From the NCBI GenBank assembly GCA_033763315.1, contig JANRKS010000002.1:320001-384000 (forward strand): a DNA stretch of 64,000 bases. The letters run 5' to 3'. Source of the DNA: Deltaproteobacteria bacterium. Lineage in GTDB: Bacteria; Myxococcota_A; Polyangia; Fen-1088. The position numbers were made by a program, and so were the translations under genes. Below, piece by piece: positions 54,710 to 64,000 of the stretch (positions are counted from its first letter, which is position 1; each line of letters begins with the position of its first letter). The notes under the pieces are model-generated. The model ran no database searches, was not told where the DNA came from, and saw only the letters and a list, made by a program, of their open reading frames with translations.

Positions 54710-56134
54710 ATGACACCAGCGCCGAAACCGTCTCGTCGAAAATTTCTGCAAGCCTCCGCCGCCGTGGGTGCCGCGGGCATCGTGGGCCCGTTCTTTCCGG
54801 CGCGTGTGTTGGGGGCGAACGATCGCGTGAATATGGCGATCATCGGCGTGCGCGGGCAGGGCACAGCTCACATCGCTGGCTTTGCCAAGATTCCGCAAGT
54901 GACGATCAAAACCTTGTGTGATGTTGATGGCAATGTGCTCGGGCAGCGCCTTGATGGCTTCGAGAAGACGAACAAGTATCGGCCCGAAGCGCAATCAGAT
55001 ATGCGGCGCGTGTTCGACGACAAGAACATCGACGCCGTAAGCTGCGCGATCCCCAACCACTGGCACGCGCTTGCCACCTTGTGGGCGTGCCAAGCGAAAA
55101 AACACGTATACGTTGAGAAGCCGGCGTGCCATTCGGTGTGGGAAGGCCAACAGATGGTGGCCGCCGCGCGCAAATATGGCGTGCTGGTGCAGGTAGGATT
55201 TCAGAACCGCTCGCGCCCCAAAACCATCGCCGCGATGGAGCTCATCCACTCGGGCAAGTTGGGCAAGTTGTTCATGGTGCGAGGCCTCTGTTTCAAGCCA
55301 CGTGGTGACATTGGCCGGTACCCGGATGGTCCCATGCCTGACGGCTCGAAGATGGCGTTTGCCAAGGGGCAAGATCAATTTGCGGGCTATACAGCCAGCT
55401 ATCTTGCCAACGTGAATTACGACATGTGGATGGGCCCGGCGCCGCAAAAGCCTTTCAACCCAAATCGCTTTCACTACAACTGGCATTGGCAATGGGATTA
55501 CGGCAACGGCGACACCGGTAATCAAGGGCCGCACCAGTTCGACGTGGGGCGCTGGGGCCTCAACCGTGAGGATTATCCGGTGAAGTTCCGATCAAGCGGC
55601 GGCATATTTGGCTTTGCCGATTCAGCGCAAGAAACGCCCAACACGCAAACCACGATCATGGAATACGCGGACGGCACGATATTCGAGTTTGCCACGCGCG
55701 GCTTGCCAACGAACGCTGAAGGCGAGGTGCGCATCGGCAACATTTTCTATGGCAGCGAAGGCCGGCTTGAGATCGACGCTGACGGCAACTGGAAAACCTT
55801 TTTCGGCCACAAGAACGAGCCTGGGCCAGAGTCCACCAAGGTGGCGGCTGGCAAGAGTGGACCTTCGGACGCCAATCTCCATGTGGGCGGTGGCCTCGAC
55901 GATCACTTCTTGAACTTCGTCGAATCGGTGAGAGCAAACGATCGCGGCAAGCTGAACTGCGAAGTGGAAGTGGGCTTCCGATCCTCTGCGTTGCCCATCT
56001 TGGCCAACATCGCATACCGTTTGGGACGCGAGCTGCGCTTCGATGGCAAACGCGAACGTTTCACGGACGCGGCAGCCAACCGCCTGTTGAAGCGCGACTA
56101 CCGCAAAGGGTACGCCGTGCCTCACATCGCTTAA
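54710..56134 (+). CDS. Gfo/Idh/MocA family oxidoreductase, Tat-exported
   Basis: SRRKFLQ, GANDRVN.AIIGVRGQG, PNHWHA, YVEKP, QVGFQNRS, WMGPAP, GNQGPHQFD; start ATG 54710. Confidence 0.93.
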   Translation: MTPAPKPSRRKFLQASAAVGAAGIVGPFFPARVLGANDRVNMAIIGVRGQGTAHIAGFAKIPQVTIKTLCDVDGNVLGQRLDGFEKTNKYRPEAQSDMRRVFDDKNIDAVSCAIPNHWHALATLWACQAKKHVYVEKPACHSVWEGQQMVAAARKYGVLVQVGFQNRSRPKTIAAMELIHSGKLGKLFMVRGLCFKPRGDIGRYPDGPMPDGSKMAFAKGQDQFAGYTASYLANVNYDMWMGPAPQKPFNPNRFHYNWHWQWDYGNGDTGNQGPHQFDVGRWGLNREDYPVKFRSSGGIFGFADSAQETPNTQTTIMEYADGTIFEFATRGLPTNAEGEVRIGNIFYGSEGRLEIDADGNWKTFFGHKNEPGPESTKVAAGKSGPSDANLHVGGGLDDHFLNFVESVRANDRGKLNCEVEVGFRSSALPILANIAYRLGRELRFDGKRERFTDAAANRLLKRDYRKGYAVPHIA

Positions 56135-56149
56135 GCTTCGCCTCGCGGC

Positions 56150-58267
56150 TTACGCGGCCAGACCGTATGAGCGCAACAGCGCTTGTGGGTCTGGATCGCG
56201 GCCGCGGAACAGCCGAAACACTTCGTCAGGCGCCTTGCCGCCGCCCAACGCCAACACCGTGTCGCGGAACCTGCGCCCCACGGCTGCCAAGCGGTCCATG
56301 TTGTCGAGGCCCACTTCTTCAAACGCCCCAAAGGCATCGGCAGCCAACACTTCGGCCCACTTATAGCTGTAGTAACCGGCGGCGTAGCCTCCCGGGAAGA
56401 TGTGCCCGAACGAACACAAGAAGCGGTCTTCCGGCAAGGGCCGAAGCACCGTGTTTTCGGCCGCGATGGCTCTCACAACGTCGCGCACACTTTCTGCGCT
56501 GGCGGGAACGAAGTTGTGGTGCAACGCCATGTCCATGCTCGCAAAATAGACCTGTCGCAGGAACTGGCTGCCGGCGCGGTAGTTTCGTGCCTCCACGATC
56601 CGTTGGAACAGATCCACGGGCAGCGGTTCACCTGTTTCAAAGTGTTTTGCAAAGCCCATCACTGTGGGTTGGTGGAAACACCAATTTTCCATGAACTGGC
56701 TTGGCAACTCCACGGCGTCCCACTCAACATTGTTGATGCCGGCGGCGTCCATGAAATCCACGCGCGTCAGCATGTGCTGAAGGCCGTGCCCGAACTCGTG
56801 AAACAACGTCTCCACTTCCGCCCACGTCATCAACGAAGGTTTGCCATCCACGGGCGGCGTTTGGTTACACGTCAGATAAGCGATGGGCAAGCGCACCTCG
56901 CCGTTCGGTTTGCGGCGGCGATCCAAGCACACGTCCATCCACGCGCCGCCACGCTTTTCGGCAGGCCGGCTGTAGGCATCCAGAAAGAACGCGGCAATCG
57001 GCTCACCGTTGCTGTCTTTGACGCGGAAGAAGCGCACGTCGTCATGCCACACCGGCGTTTGCTTATCGGCGGCTTCGATGGAAACTCCAAACAGCCGCTG
57101 CGCCACGCCGAACAGACCCTTGAGCACCTCCGGCAAAGCGAAATAAGGCCGCACCTCTTCGTCGGTAAACGCGTAAAGCGTTTCGCGTTGGCGCTCCGCC
57201 CAGAAAGCCACGTCCCATAAGGCCAATGTCAGTGATGGATCGCCAGAGCGTGCGCGCGCAAAAGCCAGCAGCGTTTCGTGTTCTTTCTGCGCGGCCGGTT
57301 TAGATGCCTGGCGCAGACCATCCAGCATCTTGGCCACGGTGTCGACGTTTCCGGCCATCTTGCGGCTGAGGCTCAAGGCTGCAAAATCAGCGTAGCCAAG
57401 CAGCTTGGCCTTCTCGTGCCGCAGTTGCAAAATGCTCTGTATGACTGGTTCGTTGTTGTGCTCGCCGCCTGACGCGCGGCTGATCTGGGCTCGGTAAACT
57501 TGCTCACGCAGCTCGCGCTTTTGCGCGTGCTCCATGAACGGAATGTACACGGGCATGTCGAGCGTGATGCGCCACGGGCCTTGTTCGGCAGAGGCTTGCG
57601 CCATGGCGGTGCTGTGTTCGGGGTGTTGATCCGCCGCGGCGCGGGCCGATTGCGCTGCGGCTGCGAGCAGCGACGGCGGCAGACCTGCCACGTCGGCCTT
57701 GTCTGTGATCACCAGCGAAAACGCTTTCGTCGCGTCCAAGACGTTGTTCTGAAACTTCGTGCCGAGTTCGGCCAGTTCGAGTTCGATTTGCGTGAAACGC
57801 TCACGTGCCGCGCCTTGCAAGCCGATGCCCGATTGCTCTGCCGCCAAGATCGCCGTGGTGATGATTCGTTGCTGCGGCTCTTGCAGCGTGGCCCAAGCGG
57901 CCCCATCGCGGAGCGCGCAAAACGCCTTATACACGGGCTCACTTTGGCCCAAGCGCAAACCGGCGCTCACAACTTGGGGTTGAACCATCTGTTCTGCTTC
58001 CCGCAGCTGAGGAGAGTTCTTCACGCCCAGCAGGTGGTGGATCAACCGCCACGCGTAGGTCAATGGTTCCGCTAGATCAGTTAACGGTTCGACCAACCCT
58101 TGCCAATCCGCTGGGCAATTGGCTTCGAGCCCCGCCAGCTTCTCGTTTTGCGCGGCGATGAGTGCTTGCACGGTTGGCACCAATTCGGCTACGGACAAAG
58201 CGTCGAACCGCGGTGGCGAATCCACTGTGGCGAACGGACTGGCAGCGATATCTACGGTTGCACTCAC
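56150..58267 (-). CDS. prlC: oligopeptidase A (M3 metallopeptidase)
   Basis: FHEFGHGLQHMLT zinc motif, WDAVELPSQFMENW, KRGGAWMD, FGHIFPGGYAAGYYSYKWAEVL, FRGRDP. Confidence 0.95.
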   Translation of the reverse strand: MSATVDIAASPFATVDSPPRFDALSVAELVPTVQALIAAQNEKLAGLEANCPADWQGLVEPLTDLAEPLTYAWRLIHHLLGVKNSPQLREAEQMVQPQVVSAGLRLGQSEPVYKAFCALRDGAAWATLQEPQQRIITTAILAAEQSGIGLQGAARERFTQIELELAELGTKFQNNVLDATKAFSLVITDKADVAGLPPSLLAAAAQSARAAADQHPEHSTAMAQASAEQGPWRITLDMPVYIPFMEHAQKRELREQVYRAQISRASGGEHNNEPVIQSILQLRHEKAKLLGYADFAALSLSRKMAGNVDTVAKMLDGLRQASKPAAQKEHETLLAFARARSGDPSLTLALWDVAFWAERQRETLYAFTDEEVRPYFALPEVLKGLFGVAQRLFGVSIEAADKQTPVWHDDVRFFRVKDSNGEPIAAFFLDAYSRPAEKRGGAWMDVCLDRRRKPNGEVRLPIAYLTCNQTPPVDGKPSLMTWAEVETLFHEFGHGLQHMLTRVDFMDAAGINNVEWDAVELPSQFMENWCFHQPTVMGFAKHFETGEPLPVDLFQRIVEARNYRAGSQFLRQVYFASMDMALHHNFVPASAESVRDVVRAIAAENTVLRPLPEDRFLCSFGHIFPGGYAAGYYSYKWAEVLAADAFGAFEEVGLDNMDRLAAVGRRFRDTVLALGGGKAPDEVFRLFRGRDPDPQALLRSYGLAA

Positions 58268-58285
58268 GATGGCTCCTTGGGCCGG

Positions 58286-59161
58286 CTATCCAAAAACGAT
58301 GGTTCGGTTGTCGCTGATAAGGACGCGACGTTCGAGATGAAGTTTCACGGCGCGTGTCAGCACTTGCCGTTCAAGCTCGCGGCCTTTTTGCACCAGCTGC
58401 GGCACATCATCTCGATGCGTGACGCGTGCGACGTCTTGTTCGATGATGGGACCTTGATCGAGGTCGGCCGTCACGTAATGGGCCGTGGCGCCAATCAGTT
58501 TCACTCCGCGCGCTTTGGCCTGGTGGTACGGCCGCGCGCCTACGAAAGCCGGCAAGAATGAATGATGGATGTTGATGATCTTGCCAAGGCGGTGGTTCAC
58601 GAAGTCGGGCGACAAGATTTGCATGTATCGAGCAAGCACGATGAGGTCGGCCCCCAATGAATCCACCAACGCCTGCTGCGCCTGTTCGGCCAGCGCTTTG
58701 TTGTCGGCCAGCACAGGGATGTGGTGAAATGTAATGCCGAAATGGCCGGCGACCGAACGCAGATCGTCGTGGTTGGAAACCACGGCCACCAGATCGCCAT
58801 TCAGCTCACCTAACTGGTTGGCCAAAAGAATGTCGTAGAGGCAGTGCGGAATCTTCGACGCAAAGACCACCACCTTCGGGCGTGTGTCGGAGAACGTGAT
58901 CTCCCACTGCAGGTCAAACCGCGTGGCGATGTGCGCCAGCGCCTCCAGCACTTGCTTTCGGTCGAGCGTAAAACCGCTTAAATCCCAGCGCAGGCGCATG
59001 AAGAACATATCGCTGTCCGCCTCTGCGTGCTGGTCTGCGTCGAGCACGTTGCCGTTGTGCTTAAACACAAAATCGGACAGGGCTGCCACGATGCCTGTGC
59101 GGTCGCGGCACGAAACCAAAAGGGTGGCCGTCACCGGCGGCGAGGCTGCGTTTTCCATCAT
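58286..59161 (-). CDS. purU: formyltetrahydrofolate deformylase
   Basis: ACT domain CRDRTGIVAALS, FFMR, SK..HCL.D, VSNH, LARYMQILS, INIHHSFLPAFVGARPYHQA, GATAHYVT.DLDQGPIIEQ. Confidence 0.97.
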   Translation of the reverse strand: MMENAASPPVTATLLVSCRDRTGIVAALSDFVFKHNGNVLDADQHAEADSDMFFMRLRWDLSGFTLDRKQVLEALAHIATRFDLQWEITFSDTRPKVVVFASKIPHCLYDILLANQLGELNGDLVAVVSNHDDLRSVAGHFGITFHHIPVLADNKALAEQAQQALVDSLGADLIVLARYMQILSPDFVNHRLGKIINIHHSFLPAFVGARPYHQAKARGVKLIGATAHYVTADLDQGPIIEQDVARVTHRDDVPQLVQKGRELERQVLTRAVKLHLERRVLISDNRTIVFG

Positions 59162-59370
59162 CGTTCCTCAAGGTAGCACTCTCGCGCTTGCCGCGACACG
59201 TCTAGCCGCGCGGCGACAAGCGCAGCTGTGTGGTGCGATGAGGTAGGTGCGGGGCGGTGGGTCGAAAGTCCGTTGGAGATGCCTTTTTCGCTGCTTTCCA
59301 ATGCGACTTTCCCATGTAAGCTTCCTCAGCTGTTACAGCTCTCTTGATCCTTATCCTCGTGAGGACGTCT

Positions 59371-60669
59371 GTGCATACCTCAACTCGCAAACTACAAAGC
59401 TTAATCTGGGTGGTTGTTACGGGCTTCGCTGCCTTGTCGTGTGGTCCCTCCGGTAACGGCGACGGCCGTACTGCAACGCCCTTTGATCCCAAAGCCACGG
59501 CGGGCGCCGACGGGCGCGGTGGCGGCGGCGGATCGAACACGGGCAGTGGCAACCGAGACGGTGGCGCTGATGAAGACGCCAACCCGTTCGTCATCGATTT
59601 TCCAGATGCCTTGCAAGGGGAGAAGAAAGACGCGAACCTCGACAAGAAAGACACGCTGGAGTCATGCGGCGGTTCAGCGTTTCAGGTGACGCGTGTGCCA
59701 CCAGACCTTATGGTCGTTTTGGATCGTTCGGGCTCAATGATGCGCACCACCGACGGAAAGAACCCGCTCAATCCGGCAGATATGGCCGCCGGGCAGACCG
59801 TACGCTGGAACTACACTCGGTTGGCGTTGAATACGGTTATGACCGCCACCGATTCCGACGTGGCGTGGGGCCTCAAGATGTACCCGACTTGCAAGGCTGG
59901 AACGGATCCGACGAAGCCATACGAATGTCTACCCGAGGCATGTGCGATCAACGGGCTTTCGGAAGTTCCCGACCTTGGCAAAGCCGCGGCGCTGTCCACT
60001 TTGATCGTGCAGAACACGCCACAAGTTGACCGTGGCGCTACGCCCACAGCACCGGCGGTTGCTGAGGCCGTGGCAACGTTGAAGGCGCGCAACAATGGCC
60101 GCCCCAAATACATCCTGTTGGCAACCGACGGCCAGCCCAACTGTGGAATTGAAGCGGCCAGCATGACCCGGAAGGATTCGGTTGACGATGCTGCTGGTGC
60201 GGTTGCGGCCGTGGCGGCTGCGAAAGCCGCGGGCATCGACGTGTTCGTGTTGGGCATCGCCATCAAAGATCCTGCCGCCACCACAGATGCAGGGCTGCTG
60301 AAGGCTCACCAGACCTTGAACATGATGGCCGATGCGGGTGGGCGCGCGCGAATGGGCGACATCAAATACTACCCCGCCACGAATGAAGCCGACATCAAGG
60401 CCGCCGTGACGGAAATTGCCGCGGCCGCTGTGTCGTGCTCGTTGCCGCTCGCGCAGCCGCCGCAGCCCGACGCTTTGGCGCGCGTTGATGCTGATGGCAT
60501 GCAGATCCCCGAGAGCGCGACCGAAGGTTGGATGTTTGGACCCAACAAGGGCAGCGTCGTGCTCACGGGTTCGTTCTGTGCGAAGCGGAAAGCCGGCGAA
60601 CTGAAGAAGGTCATCGTCAGTTTCGGCTGTCCCGGCAAAGAGCCTCCGCCTCCTCCTTTGGCGTTGTAG
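59371..60669 (+). CDS. vWA-domain lipoprotein (CglB-like)
   Basis: ALSC lipobox, Gly linker, MIDAS DRSGSM, TPT, LATDGQPNC, Cys pairs; GTG start 59371 after GAGGA. Confidence 0.85.
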   Translation: MHTSTRKLQSLIWVVVTGFAALSCGPSGNGDGRTATPFDPKATAGADGRGGGGGSNTGSGNRDGGADEDANPFVIDFPDALQGEKKDANLDKKDTLESCGGSAFQVTRVPPDLMVVLDRSGSMMRTTDGKNPLNPADMAAGQTVRWNYTRLALNTVMTATDSDVAWGLKMYPTCKAGTDPTKPYECLPEACAINGLSEVPDLGKAAALSTLIVQNTPQVDRGATPTAPAVAEAVATLKARNNGRPKYILLATDGQPNCGIEAASMTRKDSVDDAAGAVAAVAAAKAAGIDVFVLGIAIKDPAATTDAGLLKAHQTLNMMADAGGRARMGDIKYYPATNEADIKAAVTEIAAAAVSCSLPLAQPPQPDALARVDADGMQIPESATEGWMFGPNKGSVVLTGSFCAKRKAGELKKVIVSFGCPGKEPPPPPLAL

Positions 60670-60676
60670 CCGCGGC

Positions 60677-61711
60677 TCAGGCGTGCGAAGCGGCCGGATT
60701 CGCTGCTTCGTACGCTGCCACGCGCGCTTTGCACTCGCTTAGTCCTGCGGCAAGGGCAGGGGGAACGGGTGCCCCTGCGTTGGCCGCAACCTTTTGCAGC
60801 CGCAAGCGCCAGTCCAATCGCTCAAGCGCGCGCACGTGGTTGAGCTGGGCTCTTGCAGGCGTCCACTGGCTCACGGCCTCCCGCAGCCGCTCTATGCCGT
60901 GATCCAGATCTATTGATTCGAACTTCAGTAAAGCTTCCGGCCACAAAAGTTCATCAATGGTTCGGCATTGTGGCGGCACCCCTGCCACGGTGACGCCGCA
61001 GGCAAGGGCGTCTGTCCAACGGGCGGTGATGTATTGCCGGTGCGGGTGAGTCTGAACGCTTGGGCTCACAGAGTTTGAAAAGCTCAGACTGAATTTTGAT
61101 TGTGAGAAGTGGGCCGCAACGATCTCCTGGTTCTTCAGTGGATCGTAGTCACCGGTTGGGCGGCCTTTGAAAGTAAGCCCTCGGGCCGCGAACGCAGCCG
61201 CCGTGGCGCTGTCGTCTTCCCAGGCCGGTGGTTGTCGCCCAATGCGACACGCGTCGACGTTGCGGTGGGCGTTCGTACTTCCCATGCGCAGGACGTCGGC
61301 TCCCCACGGCAACCAATCGACGGGTACTTTGAACTTCTGGCGCCAAGCTTCGAGATCCTCAGCTTCCGTCACATAAACATGGTCGAAAGGCTGGGCATAC
61401 CTCACGAAGCGAGACACGTGATCGACCCAGAACGAATCAAACACCCACGCACACAGGTAACGGTATTCAGCCCGCCACCGCGGTATGGCGGCAAACGCCT
61501 TCAGGGCACCAGGCGCGTGCGCGATGAATAGACAGGCCCGGTTGCCCCGCTTCTGAGGCCATAGCGCGCCAAATTTTTCGAGCCTTGAAGGCCGTTCCGC
61601 TGGAATGCGTAGGCATTTGCCTCCAAACGCTTCTGACGCCAGTTGGGCCAGGTGAAGGTAAGGGCTGTAACCATGGGGCCCGGGATCGACATAGGCGACA
61701 TCGATGATCAT
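60677..61711 (-). CDS. putative glycosyltransferase (GT-B, CgeB-like C-terminus)
   Basis: WVFDSFW, LPWGADV, IGRQP, SKFSLSF, YITARWTDALACG, LDWRLRL resemble a GT-B C-terminal domain. Confidence 0.65.
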   Translation of the reverse strand: MIIDVAYVDPGPHGYSPYLHLAQLASEAFGGKCLRIPAERPSRLEKFGALWPQKRGNRACLFIAHAPGALKAFAAIPRWRAEYRYLCAWVFDSFWVDHVSRFVRYAQPFDHVYVTEAEDLEAWRQKFKVPVDWLPWGADVLRMGSTNAHRNVDACRIGRQPPAWEDDSATAAAFAARGLTFKGRPTGDYDPLKNQEIVAAHFSQSKFSLSFSNSVSPSVQTHPHRQYITARWTDALACGVTVAGVPPQCRTIDELLWPEALLKFESIDLDHGIERLREAVSQWTPARAQLNHVRALERLDWRLRLQKVAANAGAPVPPALAAGLSECKARVAAYEAANPAASHA

Positions 61712-61835
61712 GCGGCCTGCCCGTGTGTGAGGAATCGGGTCGCGCCGTCATCGGCGTAACGAAATTCGTTCATGGCAGGCAGCGTATCACGTGAGTAGCG
61801 ATAAGTGACACCAGAGGCCCGCCGTAGATGTTTGG

Positions 61836-62774
61836 CTACGTGCGCATGAGAGCTTCAACTTCTTGCCGCGTGGGCATCGCGGGTTGAGCGCCCTTGCGTG
61901 TCACCGCCATCGCCGCCGTCGCGCAAGCGAAGCGTCCGGCGGTGGCAAGCGTTTGCCCCTGTGCCAACGCAGCGGCTAAGCCCGCATTGAAGGCGTCGCC
62001 GGCGGCTGTTGTATCTACGGGGTTAACATCGAAGGCTGGCCAATGAAAGTGCCCCGCCTCGCCCCAGTTGGCAGCCCCTTGCCCGCCCATCTTCACCAAT
62101 ACATTGCGTGCGCCTTGCTGCAGCAACGCCTGGGCGCCGGCCTGCGCCTGCGAAAGCGTCAGGGGCGCCTCCGACGGCGCTTGGTTCAACAACGTTCGCA
62201 ATTCACTTTCGTTTGGCGTGACGAAGTCGGTGGCGCCAAGCAGTGAAGCTGGCAAGGCGGTCGCGGGTGCGGGATCCAAAATGACGGCCGCCCCACACGC
62301 GCGCGCCTTGCGCGCCGCTGCGTGCACCGTCTCAAGCGGCACTTCCAGTTGCAGCAACACAAACGCAGCGTCATCCAGGAGCGCATGCACGCTGGCAAAC
62401 CGCTGCGGGTTGAAGGTTCCGTTGGCACCCGGCACCACAATGATGCGGTTCTGTCCGCCGTCTTCGATGCCAATGATGGCCACACCCGAAGACACCGCGG
62501 CATCCACCAACACGCCATCGGTGTTCACGCCCACCTGGGCCAGGTTTTGGCGAAGCCAATCGGCATGGGCATCGCCTCCCACTTGGCCCAACATGCGAAC
62601 GTGCACATCTGTGTTCATCAACAACCGGCCGGCGGCGAAGGCTTGGTTTGCGCCTTTGCCGCCAGGAAAAAGGTTGTGATCGCGCCCCACAACGGTTTCT
62701 CCCGGTCCGGGAAAACGCGCCAACCCCACCACAGAATCAACGTTCAGACTGCCAACGACCGCGATGTGTTTCAT
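61836..62774 (-). CDS. rbsK: ribokinase
   Basis: VGSLNVD, PGGKGANQA, NRIIVVPGAN, LLQLEVP, LDPAPA, TPNESE, DTTAAGDAF. Confidence 0.95.
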   Translation of the reverse strand: MKHIAVVGSLNVDSVVGLARFPGPGETVVGRDHNLFPGGKGANQAFAAGRLLMNTDVHVRMLGQVGGDAHADWLRQNLAQVGVNTDGVLVDAAVSSGVAIIGIEDGGQNRIIVVPGANGTFNPQRFASVHALLDDAAFVLLQLEVPLETVHAAARKARACGAAVILDPAPATALPASLLGATDFVTPNESELRTLLNQAPSEAPLTLSQAQAGAQALLQQGARNVLVKMGGQGAANWGEAGHFHWPAFDVNPVDTTAAGDAFNAGLAAALAQGQTLATAGRFACATAAMAVTRKGAQPAMPTRQEVEALMRT

Positions 62775-63745
62775 GAGCTTCTTCGGTGACGGTAATTATC
62801 AAAGATCACGGCGGCCACAATCACGATTCCTGTGACAAGCCGTTTCGCCGGCTCTTGCGCGCCCACCTGGGCCAGCCCCGTGTCGAGCAAACTGATGATC
62901 AGCACGCCGAACAGTGTGCCCGTGACGCTGGCCCTGCCACCCATCAAACTGGTGCCGCCGATGACGACGGCGGCGATCGTTTGCAATTCGAATCCTGTGC
63001 CTGCGTTTGGATCGGCTGCGCCCAAGCGTGAGGTGTGCAGCACGGCCGCAAGGCCCGCCAAGGCACCGGCGCCCATGAAGGTCAAACACTTGAGTTGGCG
63101 CGTGTTGATGCCCGCCAAGCGAACCGCTTCTTCGTTGGTGCCCGTGGCCGTGAGGTATCGACCAAACACAGTGCGCCGCATGACGAGCGACGCTGCTGCC
63201 ACGAGCGCCAGCGCCAACACAAACACAAGTGGCACCCCGGCGATGTGCGCTTCGGCGAACGCTTCAAGAGTGCCGCCGATGTATTGCGTTTGTGAGTGCG
63301 TGACGAGGTAGGTGGCGCCGCGTGCCGCTTCCAGCATGCCCAACGTGACGATGAATGATGGCAGCCGCCACTGCACCATCAGCCAGCCGCTAAGCAGGCC
63401 ACACAAACCTGTGACGGCAATCGCGAACACCGCGGCCAAGGCGACGGGCCAATGCCATTGGGTGATGGCCACGCCCACCAACGCGCCGCCGAGGCCCAGC
63501 AGCGAGCCGACGGAAAGATCGATTTGCCCCAACAACAAAACGAAGGTCATGCCCACCGCCGCCACCGTGAGGGCCGGCATTTGGCCCGCGATGGCCTGAA
63601 ACGTTCGAACGCTTAAAAAGCCGTGCGTGGCTGTGGAGAAAATAGCGATGAGCAGAGCGATGACCACGAGCATGCGGAAGCGATCGTGGCTCAAGGTCTG
63701 GCGAAGCGAGGCCGCGCGGGGCGCGGGCAAGGTATTGACGGTCAC
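62771..63745 (-). CDS. rbsC: sugar (ribose) ABC transporter permease
   Basis: IDLSVGS, PSFIVTLG, FGRYL.A.G.NEEAVRLAGI, ELQTIAAVVIGGTSLMGG; ATGA overlap with rbsK. Confidence 0.92.
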   Translation of the reverse strand: MTVNTLPAPRAASLRQTLSHDRFRMLVVIALLIAIFSTATHGFLSVRTFQAIAGQMPALTVAAVGMTFVLLLGQIDLSVGSLLGLGGALVGVAITQWHWPVALAAVFAIAVTGLCGLLSGWLMVQWRLPSFIVTLGMLEAARGATYLVTHSQTQYIGGTLEAFAEAHIAGVPLVFVLALALVAAASLVMRRTVFGRYLTATGTNEEAVRLAGINTRQLKCLTFMGAGALAGLAAVLHTSRLGAADPNAGTGFELQTIAAVVIGGTSLMGGRASVTGTLFGVLIISLLDTGLAQVGAQEPAKRLVTGIVIVAAVIFDNYRHRRSS

Positions 63746-64000
63746 GTGTGTTGTTCCTTTGCAGCTGGGCCCGGTGCCGCAAGCGCCGCGGCCAAAATCG
63801 TTGTCTCATCAAAATCCGCGCGCTCAAGCACCCGCACGAGGCGGCCACGCGACATGACGGCGATGCGATCACAGATCGCCATCAGTTCGTGAATGTCGGA
63901 CGACGCCACAATCACTGTTTTCTGTTGCTTCGCCAGCGCGCGCAGCTGTTCGTAGATTTCGAGGCGCGCGCCCACATCAATGCCCCGCGTGGGTTCATCG
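63742..64000 (-). CDS. rbsA: sugar ABC transporter ATP-binding protein, 3' end (truncated by window edge)
   Basis: DEPTRGIDVGAR.EIY, IVASSDIHEL..ICDRIAVMSRGRL. Confidence 0.9.
   Translation of the reverse strand, partial: DEPTRGIDVGARLEIYEQLRALAKQQKTVIVASSDIHELMAICDRIAVMSRGRLVRVLERADFDETTILAAALAAPGPAAKEQHT

Overview
GC-rich (roughly 60-65% by eye), gene-dense bacterial chromosome segment that looks myxobacterial (Myxococcota, probably Polyangia-like). The basis is MYXO-CTERM sorting signals, three Hanks-type Ser/Thr kinases, PEGA/SBBP/vWA proteins, an AgmX/GltG-type TonB protein and a DUF1592/DUF1552 pair. About 55 CDS and one tRNA-Pro(UGG) are supported. Housekeeping genes (murQ, dapA, dapB, ribF, gdh, rph, rdgB, kup, pyrD, ampG, topB, prlC, purU, rbsACK) are interleaved with many envelope and secreted proteins. 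I saw no transposase, integrase, CRISPR array or rRNA. The most striking feature is a single ORF (13920-15686) that reads as a natural polyprotein: signal peptide, then a Cys-rich/FN3 domain, an INTERNAL MYXO-CTERM anchor, a second signal peptide with an Ala-Leu-Ala cleavage site, and an outer-membrane beta-barrel. Other items of interest are two tandem pairs of divergent paralogous small membrane proteins, a pentaheme-PA14 cytochrome coupled to a beta-propeller enzyme, a surface-anchored CxxCH protein, a lipidated TPR-stalk-barrel protein, a kinase with an unusual insert, and a structured purU leader. All assignments come from reading motifs by eye; no database searches were run, and several start codons were moved from the ORF track.
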